NCBI RefSeq assembly: GCF_039654945.1
Contig: NW_027361899.1
Location: 16,740,001-16,804,000 of the forward strand
Source: Dendrobates tinctorius
Lineage: Eukaryota
Direction of reading: 5' to 3'
Length of the DNA stretch: 64,000 nucleotides
Made by a program: the position numbers and the translations under genes. This document shows, in pieces, positions 25,638 through 36,825 of this stretch; the stretch's first letter is position 1; each line of letters opens with the position of its first letter. The notes under the pieces are model-generated. The model worked only from the letters and a program-made list of their open reading frames with translations. It searched no databases and was not told where the DNA came from.

Positions 25638-27984
25638 CAGGGCCACCATCAGGGCATTACTGCCCTGACTGGCGTATGGAGCCCGGTGGGCAGAGGGGGC
25701 TCGCATCAGGCCCTGTCCCTTCTGCTCACCGGGCCCATACCGGCAGGTGAACCGGGCCCTCAGAGATGCGGGAGCAGCTAAACACTATTGACATGCGGGC
25801 CTGCCGGCCTGCACGTCAATAGTTAACAGCCGCCAGCCAATCGGAGGCTGGCAGCTGACGTCAGCCGCAGCGCGCACCTCGCCGGCGTCTGACGTCAGTG
25901 TCAGTCGCCGGCTAGAATGCGCTGCAGTGTGGAGGGACGGAGCTTCGCCCGCCGCTGGAGCGCGGACCAGGTAAGAAGAAATTGTTTTTGTTTTTTGACA
26001 GCGGCGATCCGGGGGGCCCGGGGGCAGAATGCTGGACGCTGGGGGCAGAATGGAGATAAGGGGCATGATTGGAGACAGACTGCACAGTATCATGGGGCAG
26101 GATGGATACGATGGAGATCATATGGGGAAGAATGGATACTCATGAGGGCAGGATGGGAGAACATATGGCTAAAGCCAGGAATGAGACACATGGGGGTCAG
26201 GATGGGGGATATTATTACCACAGGGGCTAATTAAGGGATATTAATTACTGCAGTGATGTATTTCATTTTTTGAGGATACTGATTAAATGGGGGAGCAGTC
26301 CTGTTATTGTGCAGAGCGACACTATCGCCTCTTTTTCTTCATGTGGTGTAATGTAGAAGTTGGGAAAGAATAAGTAATGTGTTCTGCAAGCGAAGCTCTA
26401 GATAACTGCAGAGACGAGTCCTGGCTGGAAGACGTGATGGCGATCTGTGCTGGATGATTAAAAAGCAAGGATGAAGTACTTTACCTAGAGACGTCACTGG
26501 TGAGTCAGTGTGTTACCTGTACACTGACACTATACACTGTACACTATATACAGAGGTCTTGTGCATAATGTCACCAGTGACCACTGTGTTACCTGTACAT
26601 TATATACAGAGCTCCTGTGTATAATGTCATTGATCAATATATTACCTGTACACAGACACTGCATACAAAATACAGATCTCCTGTGTATAATGCCACTTAC
26701 AGTGATAGTATTATGTTTTTTTATTAATGATCAGTATAGTAGTATTCAGCCACCATGTGGTGGTAATATGTGGTCTGGACATGGTGTGGTGGTATTTGTC
26801 CTGTTATGAATGGGAAACCGAGGAGGAAAAAAAAGACAACAAGCTAAGTCTCAGAAAACCAGAGAAGTTGGTAACTACGCAGATTGCAGATCCCTGAACT
26901 TACCCGCACAACTAGCAGCAGTCGTTGAGCGTTCCTACGTTGGTCCTAGATGCCTCGTCACAACTGGAGGACTACATAAGCCTAAAGCAGGAAAAGAGGA
27001 AAACTAACTGCCCCAGAGCAGACCCCAAAGAAAAGAAAGCCCCCCACATGTATTGACGGTGAAACAAGATGAAAATACAAACAAAGGCAAGAAAATAGGC
27101 TGAGCAAACGATGGGGCCCGGCTAACTAAAAAGGCCAGAAAGGAAAGACACTGTCTACAATCTGCCAATAAAAACCTACAAAAATATTGTCCAACACTTC
27201 TGATAGCAAAATTAACCCTGAAGTCACTAGACTTCTAAACCTATATGAGCACTCTGAAATATTCTGAGACAGAGCAAAAAAGAGGCCAATCTAATAAGGG
27301 ACAAAGAGCAGATTGGCAAATACTGATTAATAGGAGTGGAATTTCAGCATAGCCCCAGCAGGGGCAGGCTGATTACACAAAAACCTGAATTGACAACAAG
27401 CGCAAGTGTGAACATTAGCAAAAAAACAAACTTAACTTGAGAAGACTGGAAGAGAGCTGAAGTCCAGGACCTGAGAAGCAGACTGAATCACCAGCACATG
27501 GATAGGGTGTCGGCTGTCTTATATCCAGTCTGATACTCCAGAGATCCAATCGTTATCTTCCTCATCAGGTGGCAGATCACTACCACTTAAACCACAACCG
27601 CACTACCTCCTGTCACCACCAGAGGGATATGGTAGTAATATGTGGTCTGGTCCTGGTGTGGCGATATTTGTTCCTTGTATGTGATATTATTGGTCATTTT
27701 AAAAATTGAAAAATAAATAAAAATATACCTAAAGTGTATTGCATATTTTAACAAATATTTAATAGGTTACAGTAGAGTAGAGCCCGGCTTAAAAAAATTA
27801 TTTTGTCCAAAGCAAAAGCTGCCGGCTATATGTGTGATCTGGTGATGGGAACTGTTAATGTGTGATAGGGGACTGTGGACAGTTTGAGGGGTGGAGGCGG
27901 GGCTGGGTGGAGCCTGGGCGGAGTCTCAAGGGGGCCCCGAAAATTTTGCCAGTATGTGGCCCAAAATTCCTAGTGGCAGCCCTG
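25638..27984 (+). mobile_element. Non-autonomous hAT-type element, right arm of the composite
   Basis: Imperfect TIRs CAGGGCCACCA... / ...TGGCAGCCCTG; colinear with the left arm. Confidence 0.8.
26802..27627. mobile_element. Related solo LTR, truncated at its right end, inserted in the right arm
   Basis: Begins TGTTATGAATG and is colinear with, but diverged from, 15321-16124 (shared agaaaaccagagaagttggt, aactgccccagagcagac). The insertion point differs from that of the left-arm LTR. Confidence 0.7.
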
Positions 27985-28177
27985 TGTGCATCTCAGAATT
28001 TCGGAGAGAACTGGCGATGATGTTGGTTTAACTGGTCCAAAAAAACCGATTTACAACGGTCCTACATACAATACAACCATGGAGATCGCATGGCATTATC
28101 CCATAACCGCCATCATACATAGGCTCTAGTGAGGGCTGCATATTTCACAAAAGAGTAACCATCCCAGAAACCTATAA

Positions 28178-28525
28178 GGCTAAGTGCACACGTACTTTTT
28201 TGCCCTGCGGATTTTTCCGCGCAGAATTGAAGAAATCCGCAGGTCAAATGACCTGCATTTTTCCTGCGGATTTCTTCCTTTTTTCTTGCGGTTTTCCCCT
28301 GCGGATTTGGAGAATGGAGCAGGTGGAAAACCGCACAAAAGAAGTGACATGCTGCATATTTTGAACCACAACAAAACCGCACGGAAAAATCCGCAGCGTC
28401 TGCACAGCGTTTTTTTTTTCTATTGATTAACATGCTACTGTACATCACAATGCGGATATGCAGCGTTTCTGCGCGGTAAAATCTGCTGCGGATCCGCTGG
28501 AAATCTGCATTGTGTGCACATGGCC
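28178..28525. mobile_element. PIF/Harbinger-type MITE
   Basis: TAA-GGCTAAGTGCACAC...GTGTGCACATGGCC-TAA with internal tgcgga/tccgca palindromic repeats. Confidence 0.8.
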
Positions 28526-28988
28526 TAAAGATTCAGGAACTGGAAGAAAAAAACTATTTGTATAGAAAGGTAATAAATGCAAACGATGGAAGATGGAAAC
28601 TACAACCTGCTAATCCTCCCTTCTAAATTTGACAGAGGTTGATTTTATCTGCAAAACCCTTCACAGTCTGCGTTACTGACCCCGATCACGAGGACGCCGA
28701 TCTGACTGACAGATGCTTCTATAATTGATTCCTAAGGAGCTTCTCACATGATCAGCTCATCCATAGCAAATACTTGTAAAAAACAATAGGGTGAAGGCAA
28801 ATCCACGTGAGTCAGCCATTCCTGCAATGCTTCCTGCACCCAGGTCTCTCATCATTTTACCTTTCCATTGGAATAAAGACGACATATTTGATTATTAGTA
28901 AAACGTCTAGCACTATCATGGCAAATCACAGAGTTCTCACAGTGTCACATTCAGCAAACCTCCAATATACTGATAACGAATATTCTAG

Positions 28989-29368
28989 TACACAGGGGCA
29001 GTATTATAGTAGTTATATTCTTGTACATAGGGGCAGTATTCTAGTAGTTATATTCTTGTACATCGGGGGCAGTATTATAGTAGTTATATTCTTGTACATA
29101 GGGGCAGTATTATAGTAGTTATATTCTTGTACATAGGGGGCAGTATTATAGTAGTTATATTCTTGTACATAGGGGGTAGTATTATAGTAGTTATATTCTT
29201 GTACATAGGAGCAGTATTATAGTAGTTATATTCTTGTACATCGGGGGTAGTATTATAGTAGTTATATTCTTGTACATAGGAGCAGTATTATAGTAGTTAT
29301 ATTCTTGTACATAGGAGCAGTATTATAGTAGTTATATTCTTGTACATAGGAGCAGTATTATAGTAGTT
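28989..29368 (-). repeat. Same 35-bp minisatellite, reverse orientation, left part
   Basis: ggggcagtattatagtagttatattcttgtacata units. Confidence 0.95.
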
Positions 29369-30162
29369 GTTACTGTTACGCTGCGGACGCAGGTGACGAG
29401 AGTGGACCCACTGGGCCGTGACGCCGAGCCCTCCCCGAGCGAGCGCACCAATGGACCGACCCCTATACAGGGACCGTTAGGGAACAGACTCGGGAAGTTC
29501 TAGCGCCACGGCAGCCAGGACCAGGGGTCGGCTCAGGAGGGTGAACAGATGATGAGGAACAGAGGAAGATCCGGAGAGGAACCAGGATGACCAGGGTCCA
29601 AAGGCTGAGGAAGAAGGAGAAGGACGGAGGAGGATGGCGGGGGTCCAGGAAGAGGCGAACTGAAAAGGGAAGGAGACACAGGGGTTAGCAGGAGGCACGG
29701 ACCGGAGAGTCAGAGGAACACTGGGGACACAGGCGGAAGACACAGGGGTTAGCAGGAGGCACAAGACACAAGGGGTTAACTAGTGCGCAGCTTGCAAGGG
29801 ACTAGCAGCAGAGAGCGCGGCCTAGACAACCGAGAGGTAACTCAATAGTCAGGCGCCTCCACTAAGGGAGGGCGGCCTGAAATACCTGGTGGTGGCCTCT
29901 GATAGGTCGGGAGGCCGGTCCGGGTCAGGTCACGCCAGACAGGTGGCTGCCGGCAGAGGCGTGCGGCTTATCCCTCCGGCGCGTGCGCAGAGGCACAGTG
30001 CGCGCGGCCGAGGGAAGTGGAGGAGAGCGTCGGGACGCCGGCCGCCGGAAAGCGAGGGGAGCGGAGGCGCGCGTGCAGGACGCGTCAGAGGAGCGAATCG
30101 GGGCAGAAGCAGGAGCGGTGAGTATGGCAGCGGGAGCGGCGAAACGGGGAGGGGTGCTAACA

Positions 30163-33100
30163 GTACCCCCTCTCTTACACTCCCCTCCACTGCGTCTGGC
30201 TAAAAACCTCTTAAGAATGCGTGGGGCACTGATATTCTCCTGCGGCTCCCAAGATCTCTCCTCGGGACCAAAACCTTTCCAGTCGACCAAAAAAAAGGTT
30301 TTACCTCTAACTTTTTTCGAGGCCAGAATGTCTTTTACTTCGAACACGTCATCAGACGTGACAGGAAGAGGAGAAAGGTTCGGGGCCGGGTGAAACCGAT
30401 TCAGGACAACCGGTTTAAGGAGAGAGACGTGGAAGGAGTTGGGAACCCGAAGCGACGCAGGCAACTCCAGTTTGTAAGATACGTTGTTAAGACGTTTGAG
30501 AATCTTGAAAGGCCCAATGTAGTGCGGTCCCAGCTTGTAAGAAGGGAGCTTTAGCCTAATGTACTTGGCCGACAACCAAACTTGTTGACCTGGGAGGTAG
30601 GTTGGAGCATCCAAGCGTCTTTTGTCAGCGTGCCTCTTCATGCGCTCCCCAGACCTCCGGAGGGCCTCCTTAGTTTCGGACCAGATCCTAGAGAACTCTT
30701 GGGTCAGAGAATCGGCTGCAGGCACACCGGAGGAACCGGACAAAGGTAGAGGGACACCAGGGTGCATGCCAAAGACCACGAAAAATGGAGACTTGGCTGA
30801 TGACTCGCTGGGATGGTTATTGTAGGAGAATTCTGCCCAGGGAAGTAGATGGACCCAGTTATCTTGATGAGCGTTAGAGAACTGCCGTAAGTAGGACGCT
30901 AGTACCTGTTTAACGTGTTCAACCTGACCATTGGACTGGGGATGGTACGCGGATGAAAAGTCCAGTCTTATCTCTAGAAGTTTACACAAGGCCCTCCAAA
31001 AATCGAGAGGTGAACTGTACACCTCGATCGGAAACAATATGCTGTGGAAAGCCGTGGAGGCGGAAGATGTGCTGGATAAAAATCTTCGCCAACTCTGGAG
31101 CGGTGGGCAGCGCAAGTAGAGGAACAAAATGGGCCATCTTGGAGAAGCGGTCGACCGCTACCAGGATAGTCGTAGATCCGGAAGATTTAGGCAGATCCGT
31201 GATGAAATCCAAACCTATATGTTGCCATGGAACCGAGGGAATCAGGAGAGGAAGCAGAAGGCCGGCGGGTGGTCGCCTAGGAATCTTGACCTTGGCGCAA
31301 GAGGGACAGGAGGCCGTGAAGTCTGTCACATCCTGGCGGAGTGAGGGCCACCAATAAAAACGAGCGATGAGCTCAAATGTCTTCTTGACTCCGACATGTC
31401 CGGAAATTTTAGAGGAATGTCCCCAATGCAGTACCTTTTTTCTTTCTGAGTCAGGGACGTAGGTCTTGCCGGGGGGAGGAGTAATCAGTCTCACCGGGGC
31501 CACAGTGATGATCTTAGCGGGATCGATAATGTGAGTTGGTTCCTCCATCAGATCAGGGGACTGCAGAGACCGGGACAATGCGTCCGCCTTGATGTTCTTT
31601 GGCCCGGGACGGAAACGCAATTCAAAATCGAACCGACCAAAGAAGAGGGACCATCTGGCCTGCCGAGGGTTAAGTCTCTGAGCTGACTGGAGATATGCAA
31701 GGTTTTTGTGGTCGGTAAAGATGGTAAACGGATGGACCGACCCTTCAAGAAGGTAACGCCACTCCTCCAGTGCCAACTTTATGGCCAACAGCTCGCGATC
31801 CCCGATGGCGCAGTTACACTCAGCCGGCGAGAAGGCCTTTGAAAAGAACCCGCAGGTAATCAGTCGGCCGGACGGGGACCTCTGTGAGAGCACTGCACCT
31901 GCTCCAGTGGAAGAGGCGTCTACCTCCAGGATGAATGGCTTATTAGCCTCGGGTCGGTGTAGGACAGGTGCAGTCGCGAAGGCTTGCTTCAGGCAGGAAA
32001 AGGCCTCTTCAGCCTCCGGGGGCCAGGACGAGGAGTTGACGCTCTTGCGAGAGAGACTGGAGATGGGTTTGATGATGGACGAAAAATGTGGCACAAATTG
32101 ACGGTAATAGTTGGCGAAGCCGAGGAACCTTTGAATCGCCTTGACCCCCACTGGGCGGGGCCATCGAAGAATAGCCGACAGTTTCTCAGGATCCATCTCC
32201 AGCCCAGAATCTGAAACGATGTAGCCCAAGAAAGGCAAGGAAGACTGCTCAAAGAGACACTTCTCAAGCTTCGCGTAGAGGCGATTCTCCCGCAGACGTT
32301 GTAGGACCAGACGAACACTCCTCCTATGGGACGCCAGATCCGGGGAAAAAATAAGGATGTCGTCCAGATACACCACCACGCAGGAGTATAACAAGTCTCG
32401 GAAGATATCATTGATGAACTCCTGAAAGACCGCGGGAGCGTTGCAGAGACAGAAGGGCATAACCAGGTATTCGTAATGCCCGTCCCGGGTGTTAAAGGCG
32501 GTCTTCCATTCGTCACCAGGGCGAATGCGGATGAGGTTGTAAGTTCCGCGTAGATCCAACTTCGAGAAGATGCGGGCTCCCCGCAACCGGTCAAAGAGTT
32601 CAGGAATGAGAGGCAACGGATACTTGTTCTTCACAGTAATGTCGTTCAGGCCCCGGAAATCAATACAAGGACGGAGAGAACCGTCTTCTTTACAAAGAAA
32701 AACCCGGCTCCGGCCGGGGAGGAAGATTTCCGTATGAACCCTCGAGCTAAATTCTCACGAATATACTCGGACATGGCCGTAGTCTCTGCAGGGGACAAGG
32801 GATAAATTCGCCCTCGGGGCGGAGTGGTCCCGGGTCGCAGGTCAATAGGGCAGTCATACGGGCGATGCGGGGGAAGAACCTCTGCCTCCTTCTTATCAAA
32901 TATGTCAGAGAATGCCCAGTATGCGGCTGGTAGAGCCTCGGGACCCGAGGAGGCTGGTGGGGGTTTGGCCGGGCGGACAGACCCCAGGCACTTCTCTTGG
33001 CAGGGATGCCCCCAGCGGAGGACCTCACCGGAACGCCAATCCAAGACAGGTTCATGTGTCCTAAGCCATGGAAGACCTAGCAGCACAGCATGGGAAAGGT

Positions 33101-33428
33101 TGGGAAGGACGTAGAAAGCGATCCGCTCCTGGTGCAAGGCCCCAATTTGCAGACACACCTCCTCCGTTACCAGGAACACAGATTCTCGTAGGGGTCTTCC
33201 ATCTACTAAGGTGATGACACGTGGAGTCTTCAGGGAGATCACGGGAATCTGATACTTCTTCACCTCCTTCAACCTAATGAAGTTCCCTGCCGCGCCCGAG
33301 TCCACATAGGCCACCTCCGAACCACGTCTCTGACCCACAACCAACTGAACCGAAAGGGTAAGGGGGTGAGAGGAGTGAGACACACCTAGATCGGCCTCTC
33401 TTACCTGCCCTAGGTGGAGGAGTTTCCC
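30163..33428 (-). pseudogene. Gypsy pol (PR-RT-RH-IN-chromodomain), broken by two frameshifts (about 32685 and about 30998)
   Basis: ORFs 32646-33383, 30982-32634 and 29925-31127 join across VKK/DGSL and FTSRF/WRAL. Confidence 0.9.
33368..33428 (-). promoter_or_regulatory. -1 ribosomal frameshift signal (G GGA AAC plus predicted H-type pseudoknot) at the gag/pol junction
   Basis: Slippery heptamer at 33428-33422; stem CACCTAG/CTAGGTG; loop GAGAGG can pair with downstream CCTCTC; pol is in the -1 frame. Confidence 0.8.
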
Positions 33429-33589
33429 GGTCTCTCAGGACAGGAGCGTAGGAAGCGAGACGCGCTGCCGCAATACAGGCACAGACCCTCCATCAGTCTC
33501 TCCTTACGACGTTGTTCTGCCAACTTGACCCGATCCACCTGCATTGGCTCAGGCGCCGGACTGGAGGATGCCCAGGGGGACGTGGGCTG

Positions 33590-36046
33590 GACAATGTCAG
33601 GATACAGAGGAATCGCTTGTTGCACTGTTATTTTTGATGAACGGTCAAATTTCTCAATTTCTTTTAGTGCACATGAAAAATTCTGCTGAAATGTACTGGC
33701 TGTGTTCCTTGATGGGGATGACTCTTCTTCTATGCGGTAACGCTTTGCACGGTCCTTGTGATCCAAATATTTTTCGAAATTAAATTCTTCATCAGTTGAT
33801 GATGAGGGTGAAGATGTGGCAGGACGACCAAATTCTTCTTGTTCCTCCTGACTGTTCTGCAACCCTTTCATCCTTACTGCTATTTCAAACAGAGCTTCTT
33901 TTCCTTTACTTAGCTGTTGATCATCTAGAAGAATCCGATGCATTGGGTCTACATAAACAGCTGCCAAAAGAATGTTATTTTGTAATAGTAGCTCCTCTCT
34001 CCGTTTCATTGATGTAGCAATGCCACTTGCAATTAACCCTCCTCTTTGGGACAGGCGAAACATCAGGTTCTTCCACTCCTTTAAGAAAATACCTGGAGTT
34101 AAGTCCTCTGCTTGTCATTTTTTAGTCACTGTAAATGGGTGCTCTAGCAATTTTTCCAGCTCAGTCACCTGATTCCACTGACTTTCATTTAGCGTCAGTT
34201 GAGGGTTAGCCATGTCTACAAGAAAGGTTTTCAGTTCAACCAAGCGCTGAATCATTAAGTAAGTACTGCCCCATCGTGTGGCTTGATCAATTGCCCCTTT
34301 TCCAGCACGTCTCTTCAAAATTGAGTCAACTTTAGGGGTTCTGGCAACAGTAGCCAATTTTCTCACCTTGCAGCAGCATGTCCTTCTTACAGACTGTCTC
34401 TTATAGCCAGCTGTAGCGTATGCACAACACAGTGCATGTGATGAATGAAAGAACATATTGACACAGTTTCAACAAGATCATCTAAACTATCATGTTGCTG
34501 TTCATCTGAAGCAACTTCAGTTTGCTCCTCAGTTACAATACTGTGGTTCCTCTATTTCAAACATTTCTGTGTCTGTGGACCCAGAATGTTCTTCTAGCTG
34601 CTGGTCACCATCATTACGCTCATTCATTAGCTTAATAGTACTTATCATATTTGAAGCATTGTCAGTTACGACAGAAAGAACTTGCTCTTTTTTAAGTTCA
34701 TAGTCTTGCAGAACCTTTTCCACCAAGACCTGGAGAAACTCACTGGTGTGATGAGCTTTGGTGTCTTTTACTGCCAATGTCTTGGTAACTATTTCATTTT
34801 TGTCACAAACAAATCGGACATTGATGGCAAAATAGTTCACTCTGTGACGTGTGCAGGCATCCATTTTAAGAAACAGAAAGCGTCCCTTGAGAGTTTTTTT
34901 AAGTTCTTCCTTTTGTTTAAAAGCTTCTTCGATTACTAATTTTCTAATACTCTCTCTCTCTCCAGAGAAACACCAAGCTTGCGGGCCATTTCCCCATTCA
35001 GACACATAAAAGCTGGTCGTGAAAATAATGAAATAGACACACTATCCTTTACAACAAGCTCTATGATCTGTTTTTTAAATGTATCTACTGTCATTGTCAC
35101 AGTAACTTTGTTACTGACAAAATATCTTGCAACTGATGGCTGCAAAGTTCTCTGCTCCTTTGTTTGGCTGGAAGAGCTAGGCACTGGTTCATTGGTTTGG
35201 ATGTAGTCTTTCTCATCCACTGCTTTCAGTACTTCTGGATGAAAGTGCTGTAAATGTCTCTTTAGATTAGAAGCTCTGGTAGGAGCATTTTTATCTTTGC
35301 CTGAATATGCACTCATCTTGGCTTCACAGCATTTGTTTTCGTCTGGATCATTTGTCATACACTGACAGACATAATGTTTTCTATCTTGAGTGATGGTAAA
35401 ATGTTCAAATACAGCTGATTTAATGTGATGCTTCTTTGACAGTCTCAGGTTTTTAATTATGCATTCACAATCCAAATGACAATTGTTTTTCCTAAAAACA
35501 ATTGTACAAAATTATTGCCAGGTCGTACAACTGATATAGTGGTCAGTAATACTGTTATTATTCCTCATGTACTCACAGTTAACTGATGCAAAGTTTGTTG
35601 AAAGGATAATACTTCTTACAGTCTTCCTCTTCTGAGTAGCAGGCAGCTGTGAGATGCTTGGAAGACGCACACCTAGTATGATCTAGTCTAGAGGAGGAGC
35701 TTTACTACTAAGAATTTGCAACACATTTTCAATTTCAGTTTCATACATTGTAAGTAGGGGGGTTGGGGCAGCATGAGGTTAACCAAGTATAAGATTAGAT
35801 AAGGGCAGTGGAGAACAGTGACACACAAGAAGTAAGAAATGTCTCTATCTCCAGCAGAACTGCTTATCACTGTTGTTCATAGTTTGATAGAACATATATA
35901 TTTGAGTAACATTTATAAAATTCATATGAAAGTTCAATTATGAAATATTAATACATTTTTTTTTTAAAGCTGGAGTCGGAGTCGGTACATTTCTACCGAC
36001 TCAGACTCCGACTCCAACCAAAACTAACTCCGACTCCACAGCCCTG
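33590..36046 (-). mobile_element. Degenerate autonomous-type hAT (Ac/ZBED-like) transposon, one end missing
   Basis: BED finger (VFEHF...C...C...SNLKRHLQHFH), MDACT, VTDNASNM and TRWGSTYLMIQRL in frameshifted ORFs 33590-35475. Terminus CAGGGCTGTGGAGTCGG with GAGTCG subterminal repeats at 35972-36046. Confidence 0.9.
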
Positions 36047-36825
36047 TTTATATTCTTCTACATAGGAGCAGTATTATAGTAGCTATATTCTTGTACAAAG
36101 GAGCAGTATTATAGTAGTTATATTCTTGTACATAGGGGCAGTATTATGGTAGTTATATTCTTGTACATAGGAGCAGTATTATAGTAGTTATATTCTTGTA
36201 CATAGGAGCAGTATTATAGTAGTTATATTCTTGTACAAAGGAGCAGTATTATAGTAGTCATATTCTTGTACATAGGAGCAGTATTATAGTAGTTATATTC
36301 TTGTACATAGGAGGCAGTATTATAGTAGTTATATTCTTGTACATGGGGGCAGTATTATTAGTTATATTCTTGTACATAGGGGCAGTATTATAGTAGTTAT
36401 ATTCTTGTACATAGGGGCAGTATTATAGTAGTTATATTCTTGTACATAGGGGCAGTATTATAGCAGTTATATTTCTGCATAAAGGGGCAGTATTATAGCA
36501 GTTATAATCTTGTATATAGGGGCAGTATTATAGTAGTTATATTCTTGTACATAAGGAGCACTATTATAGTAGTTATATTCTTGTATATTGCGGCAGTATT
36601 ATAGTAGTTATATTCTTGTATATAGGGGCAGTACTATAGTAGTTATATTCTTGTATATAGGGGCAGAATTATAGCAGTTATATTCCTGTACATAGGGAGC
36701 ACTATTATAGTAGCTATATTCTTGTATATAGGAGGCAGTATTATAGTAGTTATATTCTTATACATAGGGGCAGTATTAAAGTACTTATATTGTTGTACAT
36801 AGGGGGCAGTATTATAGTAGTTGTA
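36047..36825 (-). repeat. Same 35-bp minisatellite, reverse orientation, right part
   Basis: Resumes immediately after the hAT terminus. Confidence 0.95.

Larger units (their letters stand above)
14668..27984 (+). mobile_element. Composite hAT-type macrotransposon (13,317 bp) carrying the GCNA-like gene
   Basis: The identical 8-mer TGTGCATC lies at 14660-14667 and 27985-27992, directly abutting the CAG... and ...CCCTG termini. The two ends are direct copies of the same non-autonomous element. Confidence 0.8.
29374..33590 (-). mobile_element. Ty3/Gypsy chromovirus (Sushi-like) retrotransposon, 5'-truncated; 3' LTR at 29374-30162
   Basis: Gag MQVD motif and zinc knuckle, protease VDSGA, RT YLDD, RNase H DAS, integrase HHCC and core, chromodomain (FEVKDIL...LVDWKGFGPEERSW). 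PPT AAGAGAGGGGGTAC precedes an LTR with termini TGTTAG...GTAACA. Confidence 0.95.

Noticed and set aside
29925-33590. Domesticated PEG10/RTL1-like gene
   Set aside because: It retains an LTR and PPT, has two pol frameshifts and lacks most of gag, so it is a decaying retrotransposon.
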